Source: Candidatus Dadabacteria bacterium (GTDB lineage Bacteria; Desulfobacterota_D; UBA1144; Nemesobacterales; CSP1-2). Taken from it: a stretch of DNA of 30,301 nucleotides. Where the stretch lies: NCBI GenBank assembly GCA_040289575.1, contig PSLL01000002.1, forward strand, positions 71,741 to 102,041, in the 5' to 3' direction. The notes beneath the pieces were generated by a model. That model ran no database searches and had not been told where the DNA came from. It saw only the letters and a program-made list of their open reading frames with translations. Position numbers and translations under genes: made by a program. Below, piece by piece: positions 1-9,453 of the stretch (position 1 is its first letter; each line of letters begins with the position of its first letter).

Positions 1-425
1 CGCCTGCCGTATTCGGAAGTGATCCCCGCAGATATAGCGTCATGACTAAAAGATTTGTCGGGGATAGAAATGGACATGTCAAAGAACTCCATACCGTTCA
101 GGTTGAATGGCGTAAAGGTGATAATGGCAGACCTGCGTTTAGGGAAATCCCTGGTACAGAGAAAATATGGCCTGTGCAATTGGTGCTTCTGGCTATGGGG
201 TTTCTCGGCCCGGAAGATGCGCTTTTAAATCAGCTTGGAATTGAAAGAGATGAACGCTCAAATGTCAAAGCCGAGCACGGCAGATTTTCCACGAATGTAA
301 AAGGCGTCTTTGCCGCAGGTGATATGCGTCGCGGTCAGAGTCTGGTTGTATGGGCAATCAATGAAGGACGCGGTGCCGCACGTGAGTGCGACAGGTATCT
401 TATGGGGACAACGAACCTACCTTAA
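1..425 (+). CDS. gltD: Glutamate synthase small (beta) subunit, 3' part (5' end outside window)
   Basis: Frame open from position 3 ([16 protein letters not shown]). The motifs LVLLAMGF and [30 protein letters not shown] are typical of the GltD C-terminus. Confidence 0.93.
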   Translation, partial: PAVFGSDPRRYSVMTKRFVGDRNGHVKELHTVQVEWRKGDNGRPAFREIPGTEKIWPVQLVLLAMGFLGPEDALLNQLGIERDERSNVKAEHGRFSTNVKGVFAAGDMRRGQSLVVWAINEGRGAARECDRYLMGTTNLP

Positions 426-583
426 TAGTAGGTTGTAGTCTATTTTAAAATTTGGTTGTATAACAAACGTTACAAGTTACTTGCTGCCCGTTCAGTAGAT
501 CAATATAATAGATATATCTGAAAAATCCCATTGATTAATGCATTCAAGGAAACTCATATAACCAAAAGGGGGATAATCAGGAG

Positions 584-877
584 ATGGCTAAAAAAACTGT
601 GACTGTTGAGGTCTTCCAGTGTGACTACGCGGATGAAAGGGGAGCTTGTACTAATGATGGATCGAGGCAGGCTATAAAGGAATGCGCTGTGTGTAAAAAG
701 GACTTATGTAGTAGACATTATGAGACGTTTTCCATCTCCAAACTCTCCGGTCCTACGGGCAGTGGAGTCACACTTACGTATTTTTTCTGCTGGGAGCATG
801 CCGAGGAATTTGTTAATATGCTTGTAAAAACCCTAGGTGATACAAGACCGATTTCTTATGGAGGAATGGCAAAATAA
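584..877 (+). CDS. Small Cys/His-rich putative zinc-binding protein (97 aa)
   Basis: Strong RBS (aggag) just before the ATG; C-x8-C, CxxC-x4-CxxH and CxxH motifs. Confidence 0.75.
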   Translation: MAKKTVTVEVFQCDYADERGACTNDGSRQAIKECAVCKKDLCSRHYETFSISKLSGPTGSGVTLTYFFCWEHAEEFVNMLVKTLGDTRPISYGGMAK

Positions 878-950
878 AGGCTGCCCTTTAAGGTTTAATT
901 GGGTTTGGGCTGCTGGGAAGGCCCACAATTCACTTTGTTACAGACTTGCC

Positions 951-1083
951 ATATCAAATCAGCCTGATTAGTTTCTATATAAGAATACAAGAGATGTAGG
1001 ATGTAGAGCTTGTTCCCTGAACGGGCCTTAAATCATTGGTGTGTTCTGGGAATACACCTACCTTAATTAATCGGATTTGATAT
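951..1083 (+). ncRNA. Candidate structured RNA or leader (unknown family)
   Basis: ATATCAAATC (951-960) pairs perfectly with GATTTGATAT (1074-1083), and the stem continues inward via G-U pairs. Two internal hairpins (GCTTGTTC/GAACGGGC, GGTGTGTTC/GAATACACC) have only G-U deviations on the + strand. Confidence 0.35.
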
Positions 1084-1108
1084 TACTCAACTGGAAGGGG
1101 CATTCTTT

Positions 1109-1270
1109 ATGAAAAAGAAACAGAGTGGATCCAAGTCTAGGTTTGAAGGCTTCTTTAAGATTAGAAAGGAGACCCCTAAACCTGGGAGGATCATAGAGTC
1201 AAAAAGGGATAAAGAGAAAGAAAAGAGGATTAAGCATAGAGACTTAATAGGGGAAGTTGAGGAAAATTAG
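1109..1270 (+). CDS. Small basic protein (53 aa), absent from the ORF track
   Basis: MKKKQSGSKSRFEGFFKIRKETPKPGRIIESKRDKEKEKRIKHRDLIGEVEEN*; preceded by purine-rich GGAAGGGG; fills an otherwise empty gap. Confidence 0.6.
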   Translation: MKKKQSGSKSRFEGFFKIRKETPKPGRIIESKRDKEKEKRIKHRDLIGEVEEN

Positions 1271-1330
1271 AAGACGTTGACTTTTCTCAGCCCCTTCGGC
1301 GTTTAAATCTACCTTTTGAAGGGAGTGCAG

Positions 1331-2725
1331 CTAGGGTAATCCCTTAGGAAGTCCCAGATTATACTCCTCGAGTTTTCTCCTAAGCGTCAGGCGATTTATA
1401 CCAAGGAGTCTCGCTGCCTTAGAGCGATTCCAGCCGCTTGCGTTGAGTGCCTCCTGAAGGAGAATCTCCTCGGCTTCTCTGAGGATTTGGCTATATACAT
1501 TCCCATTCTTCCCGCGCGAACGGAAGAGATTTCTTACGGCATCGCGGAGCGGTTCTGTAAATGAGACGGGCTCTTTCGCTCCTGTAAAAGAAACCGGCTC
1601 GCCAAGATTCAAGTCATAAGAGGTGAGAAAAGGCGTCTTTGCAAAGACAATTGCCTTTCTTACCGTGTTTTCTAACTCCCTTATATTTCCGGGCCATTCA
1701 TATTCCATGAGTCTGTCTAAAAATTTTTTACTCACTCCCTTTATCTCCTTTCCTGCCTGACTGCTGTATCGGCGCGTGAAGCATTCGACCAAAAGCGGTA
1801 TGTCTTCCTTTCTCTCCCTTAGTGCGGGCAGGTGAATTCTCACAACATTTATACGAAAATAAAGGTCTTCTCTGAATTTTCCCTGACGAACCATCTCTTC
1901 AAGGTCTTTATTCGTTGCCGCGATTACACGAATGTCTGTCTTTAATTCCCTGTTATCTCCAATCCTGTTAAATGTGCCGTTTTGAAGTACACGAAGCACC
2001 TTTGCCTGAAGAGAAAGCGGCATGTCTCCAATCTCATCAAGGAAGACTACCCCGCCATCGGCTTCTTCAAACTTCCCTATGTGCAATGAGTTTGCTCCAG
2101 TGAAGGCTCCCTTCTCATATCCGAATAGCTCCGCCTCAAGTAGTGTCTCGGGGATTGCCGCGCAGTTTATTACGACAAACGGCTTCTCCCATCTTGTACT
2201 CACCTTCCATATTGATTCTGCAACGAGGTCCTTTCCAGTTCCGCTCTCCCCTGTAATCAGTATAGGAACATCAACCCTTCCTGCCTGTCCTATGAGCTTG
2301 CATATCTCATGGAGCACATGTGAGTTTCCGACTATTGCGCATGTTAGGCTGCTACCCTCTACATCTCCGGGGAATTTAATCACGCTCTTTTGGGTCTCGG
2401 ATTTTATTCCAAGCGCACGCCCTAGGGATTCATGGAGTGTAGAACCTTTGAGCGGTCTAAAGACACAATCAAACGCCCCAAATGTCATTGATTCAATCAG
2501 ATACCTAGTGCCCCTTTGAGCCGTTATTATGATTACAAAGGATTCGTCTTTCAATCTGCTCAGTCCGCCGATCCCAAGGCTGTCCACATCGAGGAGAACT
2601 ATGTCCGTGCCGTACGCTTCCTTGATCTCCCCGTATGTGTATAATTCCACATTCTGAGGCAGTGTATTCTCTACCTCTTTTACTAGTTTTGAGTCCTTGG
2701 TTAATAGAACAACTCGACCTTTCAT
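1331..2725 (-). CDS. Sigma54-dependent transcriptional activator (NtrC/AtoC type: degenerate receiver, AAA+, Fis-type HTH)
   Basis: Walker A GESGTGKD, GAFTGA loop, Walker B FLDEIGD, FREDLYFRINV, WPGNIRELEN and C-terminal WNRSKAARLLGINRLTLRRKL. Confidence 0.95.
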   Translation of the reverse strand: MKGRVVLLTKDSKLVKEVENTLPQNVELYTYGEIKEAYGTDIVLLDVDSLGIGGLSRLKDESFVIIITAQRGTRYLIESMTFGAFDCVFRPLKGSTLHESLGRALGIKSETQKSVIKFPGDVEGSSLTCAIVGNSHVLHEICKLIGQAGRVDVPILITGESGTGKDLVAESIWKVSTRWEKPFVVINCAAIPETLLEAELFGYEKGAFTGANSLHIGKFEEADGGVVFLDEIGDMPLSLQAKVLRVLQNGTFNRIGDNRELKTDIRVIAATNKDLEEMVRQGKFREDLYFRINVVRIHLPALRERKEDIPLLVECFTRRYSSQAGKEIKGVSKKFLDRLMEYEWPGNIRELENTVRKAIVFAKTPFLTSYDLNLGEPVSFTGAKEPVSFTEPLRDAVRNLFRSRGKNGNVYSQILREAEEILLQEALNASGWNRSKAARLLGINRLTLRRKLEEYNLGLPKGLP

Positions 2726-2826
2726 TTTTTATCTATTGTAGCAGAAATATACAGGGTGATTAAGAAATAATCAAGAAATCGTTCCTGTGATGATCCTAAT
2801 TGTTTGAAAACAGTGGATTTTCTTCA

Positions 2827-2842
2827 TGGCACCTTCTTTGCA
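2827..2842 (+). promoter_or_regulatory. Sigma54 (-24/-12) promoter of the cysP-sat-cysH operon
   Basis: TGGCACCTTCTTTGCA matches TGGCAC-N5-TTGC (GG-N10-GC). It lies 36 nt upstream of the transporter ATG and is divergent from a sigma54 activator. Confidence 0.85.
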
Positions 2843-2878
2843 ATAACTGTTAAAGTTTGAGATAAAAGAGGCTAATAT

Positions 2879-3879
2879 ATGAATGTTGCTTTTCCAATTG
2901 CGATAGCTCTCTCTTCACTTCTCGCTCTCAACATCGGAGCCAATAATTCTGCCGCATCAATGGCTACGGCTTACGGAGCCGGGGTGCGGTCTAAAAGGGA
3001 AGCTGTAATTTTAATCGCCGTGTTTGCTCTTCTGGGGGCCTTTTTGGCCAGTGCGCGCGTGATTAAAACCCTGAGCGGGGAATTGGTTCCAGAATCTGTG
3101 CTTTCATCCCATTTCGATCTTGTTCTGATAGTTCTTATAATTGCGATATTTTTCATCTCATGGGCAAACATAATCCGCATACCGATTGCGACAACCCATG
3201 CGATTGTTTGTGCAGTCGCGGGTGTGGGACTGTATTCGCATGCCCTGAATGTGAAAAAGTTCCTTGAGATTGTTACCTGGTGGATAATTACCCCTTTTGT
3301 CGCCTGGTCTTTAAATTACCTTGTTGGGAAGTATATCTATTTTAGAATCCTAAAATTTCTTACAGACCGATACTCGGAAGATAAGATAAGGAGAATCCTC
3401 GGTTTTCTCATTACCCTATCGGGATGCTCTATTGCCTTTTCTGCTGGCTCTAACCACGCCGCAACGTCCATTGGTCCCCTTGTTGGCATGGGTTTTATAA
3501 ATCCGTCATTGGGGGCGATTCTTGCCGGTTTGGGTATGGGTCTCGGAGCAATACTCCTTGGCGGAAGGGTTTTAGAGACTGTGGGAAAAGAGATCACAGA
3601 GATCTGCACACTGAGGGCTATCTCTGTTGAACTTATCGGAGCAACCCTTATACTTATTGCCTCGGTATTTGGTATACCAGTTTCATTATCCGAGATTACC
3701 ACTGCGGGGGTGATAGGGTTCTCATGCGCAAATCAGGGCTTTTCCGCAACGGCTGAAAACAGGCATGTGGTGCGGATTGCTTTGTTTTGGTTTGTAATCC
3801 CTTTTTTGCCATAGGCGCGAGTTACGCTTTATCCTCGTTGTCTTTTAAATATGGTGTTACAGCAATGTTGGGTTTTTAA
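2879..3879 (+). CDS. cysP: PiT-family anion transporter, probable CysP-like sulfate permease; as sequenced it stops at 3814 owing to an apparent frameshift in a T run at 3802-3807
   Basis: PiT signature [16 protein letters not shown], second repeat [26 protein letters not shown] and GIPVS; first gene before sat-cysH. One extra T restores [27 protein letters not shown], ending at 3879 next to the sat RBS. Confidence 0.8.
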
Positions 3880-3893
3880 GGAGACTTATAGAA

Positions 3894-5054
3894 ATGGAAA
3901 ACACAATTCTGCCTCACGGAGGAAGGTTGATAAACAGGGTTGTTGTGGGTCGAGAAAGAGAGGAGCTAATAAGAAGATCAAAAGAGATAAAAAAGATTTC
4001 GGTTTCTCCGAGGGTTGTGTCGGATTTGGAACTCATCTCTATTGGTGCAATGAGTCCCAACGAGGGCTTTATGGGAAAAGACGACTATGAAAGCGTAGTC
4101 GAGAATATGAGGTTAAAAAATGGGCTTCCCTGGAGTGTTCCTATTACACTTCCGGTAACAAAAGAGGAAGCGGCAAATCTCAAAGAGGGTGAGGATGTGC
4201 TGCTCCTTGACGGGTCGGGAGATTCTATTGCCGTATTGCATCTTCAAGAGAAATTCTTTTATGATAAGAAAAAAGAGGCTAAAGAGGTCTATAGGACTAC
4301 GGATGATGCCCATCCCGGAGTTAAGGTGGTTTATTCTCAAGGGGATGTGCTCCTTGGTGGCAATATTAGCCTAATAAATCGCCCTCCAAATCCCGAGTTT
4401 CCCGAATACAGACTAGAGCCTGCGCAGACAAGGAGTCTGTTTAGAGAAAAGGGATGGAGGAGGGTAGTCGCATTTCAGACGAGAAACCCAATACACAGGG
4501 CGCACGAGTACCTTCAGAAATGTGCCCTTGAGATGTCAGACGGTCTTTTAATCCACCCAATTGTCGGCGAAACGAAAAGCGACGACGTTCCAGCTCATGT
4601 AAGGATGGAGTGCTACAAGGCACTGATTGAAAATTACTATCCGAAAAATAGAGTGGTGCTCTCCGTCCTTCCTGCCGCAATGAGGTATGCAGGCCCAAGA
4701 GAGGCGATCTTTCATGCGCTTATGAGAAAGAACTATGGATGCACGCATTTCATTGTGGGACGCGACCATGCGGGCGTGGGGAATTATTACGGAACCTATG
4801 ATGCCCATAAGATTTTTGATGAATTCAAATCTGAGGAGATAGGGATCACGCCTCTTTTTTTTGACCATGCGTTTTATTGTAAGAAGTGTGCCTCGATGGC
4901 TACGACAAAGACATGTCCTCACACACAGGAGTTTCACGTTGTTTTAAGCGGGACCAAGGTAAGAGAATTGCTAAAAAAGAAACAGGACCTGCCTCTTGAA
5001 TTCACAAGGCCGGAGGTAGGAAGGATTTTGATGGAGGCTTATGAGAGTCTTTAG
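3894..5054 (+). CDS. sat: Sulfate adenylyltransferase (ATP sulfurylase)
   Basis: [47 protein letters not shown], CxxC...CPH zinc site, SGTKVR. Confidence 0.97.
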   Translation: MENTILPHGGRLINRVVVGREREELIRRSKEIKKISVSPRVVSDLELISIGAMSPNEGFMGKDDYESVVENMRLKNGLPWSVPITLPVTKEEAANLKEGEDVLLLDGSGDSIAVLHLQEKFFYDKKKEAKEVYRTTDDAHPGVKVVYSQGDVLLGGNISLINRPPNPEFPEYRLEPAQTRSLFREKGWRRVVAFQTRNPIHRAHEYLQKCALEMSDGLLIHPIVGETKSDDVPAHVRMECYKALIENYYPKNRVVLSVLPAAMRYAGPREAIFHALMRKNYGCTHFIVGRDHAGVGNYYGTYDAHKIFDEFKSEEIGITPLFFDHAFYCKKCASMATTKTCPHTQEFHVVLSGTKVRELLKKKQDLPLEFTRPEVGRILMEAYESL

Positions 5055-5131
5055 ATTTCTGTAGGGGAATTTGTCCCTATAGCGAACGAATGGAGATAAT
5101 AAACACAAATACAAAAATTATGGAGGGTAAG

Positions 5132-5893
5132 ATGGAACTCGAGGAGATAAAGAGGTTAAATCGCGAATATGCGAGTAAAAGCCCGCAGGAGGTTCTCAGT
5201 TGGGCACTCAATAATCTTCATCCAAAGGTTGCCCTTGCGTCTAGCTTTGGGGCAGAGGACGTTGTTGTAATTGATATGATGATGAAGATAAACCCGGAGG
5301 CGAGGGTCTTTACATTGGATACGGGCAGACTTAATCAGGAAACATACGATGTAATGGATGAGATAAGAAATAGGTACGGAATTAATATAGAGGTCATGTT
5401 TCCAAATCATGAGGAAGTCGAGCAGATGGTTCGGGCTCATGGAATGAACCTGTTTTATAAAAGCATAGAAAATAGAAAGCTCTGCTGTGGAGTAAGAAAG
5501 GTCAATCCATTAAACAGGATATTGGCAACCCTAGACGGGTGGATAACCGGGCTGAGGAGCGACCAAACCCAGACCCGGGCGGTAGCAAGCAGGATCGAGA
5601 TTGATGCCCAGCACGGCGGTATAGTGAAGATAAATCCAATCATTGATTGGAGCTGGCAACAGGTTTTGGATTACATAAAAAAGAACGGCGTTCCATATAA
5701 TAAATTGCATGATAGGGGTTATCCGAGCATCGGATGTGCCCCATGCACACGCCCTATAAAGCCGGGTGAAGACCTGAGGGCAGGCCGATGGTGGTGGGAG
5801 ACAGACTCACAAAAGGAGTGCGGCCTGCACGCAGACCACGGTCAGGCTCGGCTGTCCAATAATGGGGCGCCTTCAGCACAGACAAACTATTAG
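5132..5893 (+). CDS. cysH: Adenylylsulfate (APS) reductase, CysH family, [4Fe-4S] type
   Basis: SSFGAED, LDTGRL, CC motif (LCCGVRKV), SIGCAPCT, GRWWWE and ECGLH. Start placed at 5132 because of the GGAGGGT RBS (the track gives 5090). Confidence 0.93.
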   Translation: MELEEIKRLNREYASKSPQEVLSWALNNLHPKVALASSFGAEDVVVIDMMMKINPEARVFTLDTGRLNQETYDVMDEIRNRYGINIEVMFPNHEEVEQMVRAHGMNLFYKSIENRKLCCGVRKVNPLNRILATLDGWITGLRSDQTQTRAVASRIEIDAQHGGIVKINPIIDWSWQQVLDYIKKNGVPYNKLHDRGYPSIGCAPCTRPIKPGEDLRAGRWWWETDSQKECGLHADHGQARLSNNGAPSAQTNY

Positions 5894-6057
5894 AGTAGGA
5901 GTCGGGCTCTGTCGAAACAGGGGGAGAGATAGAAAACCCCTGCGGCAGTGGAAATCGAGATATAGCATCGCGTCGAGTATCAAACATAAAAAACCGCTCT
6001 TTGATGAGTAGAATTGGGCTCGGTTTATATCCAATTACCTTAGCTTTACGGCCTATA

Positions 6058-6927
6058 CTATTTCTTCCAACCCACTGCCTCGCATCGGGCCCTGGCAAAG
6101 AATGCATCTGGGTGTTCGCCCCAAGCCCTAATGGCTGCGCCCATCTCATCAAGCTCTGATTTATTAGCCCAACCCTGATTAATGATCAAATCCGCGTGCA
6201 ATTTCAGAATGAAGTATCCCCAGAATTCGCTGATTCGCTGAGTTGCCTCATTTGTTCCATAGTAATCATAGGAGGCAGAGGCCTGGATTTGAACAAAACC
6301 TGTCTTGCGGAGCAAAGCCCTATGGGTTCTACCGAAATAGAGATTGCTGCCTTTATAACTCATAACATTTTCTATCAATGCCCATGCCTGCTCAATCATA
6401 GGGTTAGATGGGGTAAATATATGTCCATCGCGATCGGTATCTCGCACGCCTATAATCCCTCCGCGTCTTAACACCCGATATATCTCTTTGAGTGCCTTGC
6501 ATGGATCGCTTAGATGGTATAAAACGGCATGTGCAAAGACGGCATCAAACGAACCGTCTGAAAATGGTATATCGTAGGCATTGCCCAACTCAAACCGTAT
6601 ATTCGAGACACCCCTTTCTAAGGCACGCGTCCTTCCTATATGAAATTGGTTTGTCTCTACATCTATACCAACAACGCTACCGGGCGAAACTATCTCGGCT
6701 ATATCAACTGTGATGGTGCCCGGACCACAACCACAATCCAGAATGTCCATACCGGAATGCAAATAGGGCATGAAGAATGCCGCATCTCTGGATGCGCTTC
6801 TTCTGCTGAGTCCCCCCATAGCCAATGGATCATAGCCTATTGAATAGTGCTCCGTGCCCAAATCACTAATGCGTTTAGATTTGACAGCTCCACCAAAGGA
6901 TTGGTTTATGTCTTTTGTGGTATCCAT
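6058..6927 (-). CDS. Class I SAM-dependent methyltransferase (UbiE/Methyltransf_31-like)
   Basis: ILDCGCGPG motif I, VVGID, FSDGSFDAVF, RVLRRGG. Confidence 0.9.
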   Translation of the reverse strand: MDTTKDINQSFGGAVKSKRISDLGTEHYSIGYDPLAMGGLSRRSASRDAAFFMPYLHSGMDILDCGCGPGTITVDIAEIVSPGSVVGIDVETNQFHIGRTRALERGVSNIRFELGNAYDIPFSDGSFDAVFAHAVLYHLSDPCKALKEIYRVLRRGGIIGVRDTDRDGHIFTPSNPMIEQAWALIENVMSYKGSNLYFGRTHRALLRKTGFVQIQASASYDYYGTNEATQRISEFWGYFILKLHADLIINQGWANKSELDEMGAAIRAWGEHPDAFFARARCEAVGWKK

Positions 6928-6937
6928 GGACTTCAGC

Positions 6938-8038
6938 CTACTTTGACATCAATTCATAAACACTGTGGTCGTCTACTGCCGCGGCGCACCGTTCGAATAT
7001 AGCCTTCATAAGGGATTGCCCACGTTCACTTGTAAAATCGAGCATCCCTACTGATACCACCAGGCGCTGCAATATTTGCACGATAGAGAGCCTATAATCA
7101 TACAAAAACTGGTCAAATCCATACCCCCGAATCCCGGATTCTATGAGTACCGAATGATAGATATTAAGGAGATCCCACTCCATTGCCCGGCGCTGCTCCG
7201 GAGGCAGGCAAAATACCAAGAAATATGCTATATCCGATATACTGCGCCCGCGTCCAATAAACTGCCAGTCAATTACTATAAGCGATGTGCCATTCTCTGA
7301 TGAACTAAAAAGCAGGTTATCCAGACGCAGATCACCATGAATAAGGGTTCGAGGAGGCTCCGCCAGGCGGTTTCTGATGTTTGCAATATTTCTTCCAAGC
7401 CAGGTTCCGATCTCCAGAAATGAATCGCCTAATTGATCCCCGAATTTCTCTATAAACGGACCCCATGATTGTTGATACAAACCCTGTATATAGTCGGCGC
7501 CCTGATTAAAAGCCGGAATCCAGCCCATCATATACTCAAGTTGCGGACTCTCCCACCAGAGGGCGTGAAATCTACCCAAGTTGCGGAAAATCAGTTCTGC
7601 ATCCTCAAAAGAGCAGCCAATAACATTATCGCCAACGCGGGCATCTATAATATCCTCAAGAACCAGGACACTTTCTCCGGATTCAATATTGAGAGCACCG
7701 TAGTAGTATCGGGGAATTCGAATGTCTATTTCCTTAGCAATCTCTCTGTAAAACCTAATTTCCCTTTCATACAGGCGATAGCGATTCCACATAGCCCTGA
7801 GATTGGGATCGGAGGCGGGGAATTTAGATATGAGCGATTTTGGAGAACCCCCCTCGTCAATATCATATTTGAGACGGAGCCGTGCAATCTGCCCTGTAAA
7901 GGCTTGTCCTTCCCCAATCATCTCTATACTGAATAACTCGACGGTAGCGTTGTTTATTGTTCCTGTGCTACGGAGTGCCTGGGTTAGCCATTCGGGAGTG
8001 AGTGCTTTGGGATTCGATGGAATCTCGAAATCAGTCAT
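6938..8038 (-). CDS. Aminoglycoside/choline-kinase-like phosphotransferase (ecdysteroid-kinase-like)
   Basis: YEREIRFY, LVLED, catalytic HGDLRLDN, IDWQ, DIAYFL. Confidence 0.88.
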   Translation of the reverse strand: MTDFEIPSNPKALTPEWLTQALRSTGTINNATVELFSIEMIGEGQAFTGQIARLRLKYDIDEGGSPKSLISKFPASDPNLRAMWNRYRLYEREIRFYREIAKEIDIRIPRYYYGALNIESGESVLVLEDIIDARVGDNVIGCSFEDAELIFRNLGRFHALWWESPQLEYMMGWIPAFNQGADYIQGLYQQSWGPFIEKFGDQLGDSFLEIGTWLGRNIANIRNRLAEPPRTLIHGDLRLDNLLFSSSENGTSLIVIDWQFIGRGRSISDIAYFLVFCLPPEQRRAMEWDLLNIYHSVLIESGIRGYGFDQFLYDYRLSIVQILQRLVVSVGMLDFTSERGQSLMKAIFERCAAAVDDHSVYELMSK

Positions 8039-8146
8039 AGTTATGAATTACAGATTAACACAATAATAACCCGAAAAGAATGGCTATTGCGTCTTATGAT
8101 TCCATGAACCCGATCCTCGATATAATGATGTCGAGGAAAGTTTGTG

Positions 8147-8176
8147 TTGACAACGGATTATTTGCTGTGAGATAAT
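8147..8176 (+). promoter_or_regulatory. Sigma70-type promoter of the LLM oxidoreductase
   Basis: TTGACA (8147-8152)-N18-GATAAT (8171-8176), with a TGn extension. Confidence 0.55.
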
Positions 8177-8212
8177 GGTGAAACTATATAATATGGTGAG
8201 AAAGGTGAATAA

Positions 8213-9235
8213 ATGAAATTTGGAATCGGTCTTTTTAGTTTGCAGTCTCATCCCGAAAACCCTGTCTTCCACGCTGAGATTTACAGACAAACGCTTGAGC
8301 AGGTACAGCTTGCGGAAGAGATGAATTTCCATTCTGCATGGATTTCGGAGCACCATTTTCTCCCTGACGGATACTGCCCCTCACCGCTTGTTATTGCTTC
8401 TGCTATGTCTGCTGTGACAAAAAGGATAAAGATCGGCACATGCGCTCTTATACTTCCCATTCACAATCCCATAAGAGTGGCTGAAGACGCCGCAGTTGTA
8501 GATAACATCTCCGGTGGAAGACTTATCCTCGGTGTTGCTCTGGGCTACCGTAAAGAGGAATTTGATGGATTCGGAATATCAATTAATCAAAGACCCTCTC
8601 GAATGGAAGAGGCAATTGATGTTATCGTCAAATCATGGACAGAGGACAAATTCTCATATGAGGGAAAACGGTATAAATTCAATAACCTAAATGTTACACC
8701 AAAACCTCTACAGAAACCCCATATCCCGATTTACATCGGCGCGATTGAAGAGCCTGCTATAAGACGTGCGGGAAGGCTTGGGTTTCCGCTCCTTATCGGC
8801 CCATTGAGAACAATGCAGATGATAAAAGACACGATTGATACATACAACGATGCTGCAAGACAGGCCGGAAGAAATCCGGAGGGCATCGGTCATATACTCC
8901 TAAGAAGGGTCTATATTGCCGAGGATAAGAAAAGGGCAAATGAAGAGTCAGATAAGTACATAATAAGTATGTATAGATTCTTTCTCAGTTTAGGAGTTAA
9001 GATGTCTGTCCGGGGAAAAGAGCTTACGAGTCCCGATGATCCGCTGTTTGATTATCTGACCGAAGACCGATTCATAATAGGCGACCCCGAGGATTGTATA
9101 AGAGAGGCAAGGAGATATAGAGACGAAATAGGAATTAATTATATCCTGTGTACAATGAAATTCCCTAAAGGCACCCATGAAGTAGTATCAAGGTGCATAG
9201 AACTCTTCGGAAGGGAAGTTATATCAAAAGTTTAG
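8213..9235 (+). CDS. Luciferase-like (LLM) flavin-dependent oxidoreductase
   Basis: AWISEHHF, TKRIKIGT, PIRVAEDAAVVDNISGGRLILGVALGY, PKPLQKPHIPIYIG. Confidence 0.92.
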   Translation: MKFGIGLFSLQSHPENPVFHAEIYRQTLEQVQLAEEMNFHSAWISEHHFLPDGYCPSPLVIASAMSAVTKRIKIGTCALILPIHNPIRVAEDAAVVDNISGGRLILGVALGYRKEEFDGFGISINQRPSRMEEAIDVIVKSWTEDKFSYEGKRYKFNNLNVTPKPLQKPHIPIYIGAIEEPAIRRAGRLGFPLLIGPLRTMQMIKDTIDTYNDAARQAGRNPEGIGHILLRRVYIAEDKKRANEESDKYIISMYRFFLSLGVKMSVRGKELTSPDDPLFDYLTEDRFIIGDPEDCIREARRYRDEIGINYILCTMKFPKGTHEVVSRCIELFGREVISKV

Positions 9236-9334
9236 GATTATAAGTTCATGTCTATATAGGATAGGGTAAAAACGCTCCTCGTCTTATCCCGTCTTAGATA
9301 ACCCAAAGACCGCCACTATTCCTTGTAGAGTGTG

Positions 9335-9364
9335 TTGACAGGGAGCCGCATTTTGGGAGATAAT
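9335..9364 (+). promoter_or_regulatory. Sigma70-type promoter of the PD-(D/E)XK nuclease gene
   Basis: TTGACA (9335-9340)-N18-GATAAT (9359-9364). Confidence 0.5.
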
Positions 9365-9453
9365 TGGGTTAAAAGGGGATTATACATACAACGGAGTAAA
9401 CAGAATTTGTCATAGAGCGCCTAATATCAATGTGATTTGGTGAGGCAAGGGCC

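Noticed and set aside
875..890. TAAAGG-CTGC-CCTTTA hairpin as a terminator
   Set aside because: The stem is short and AT-rich, without a clear U tract.
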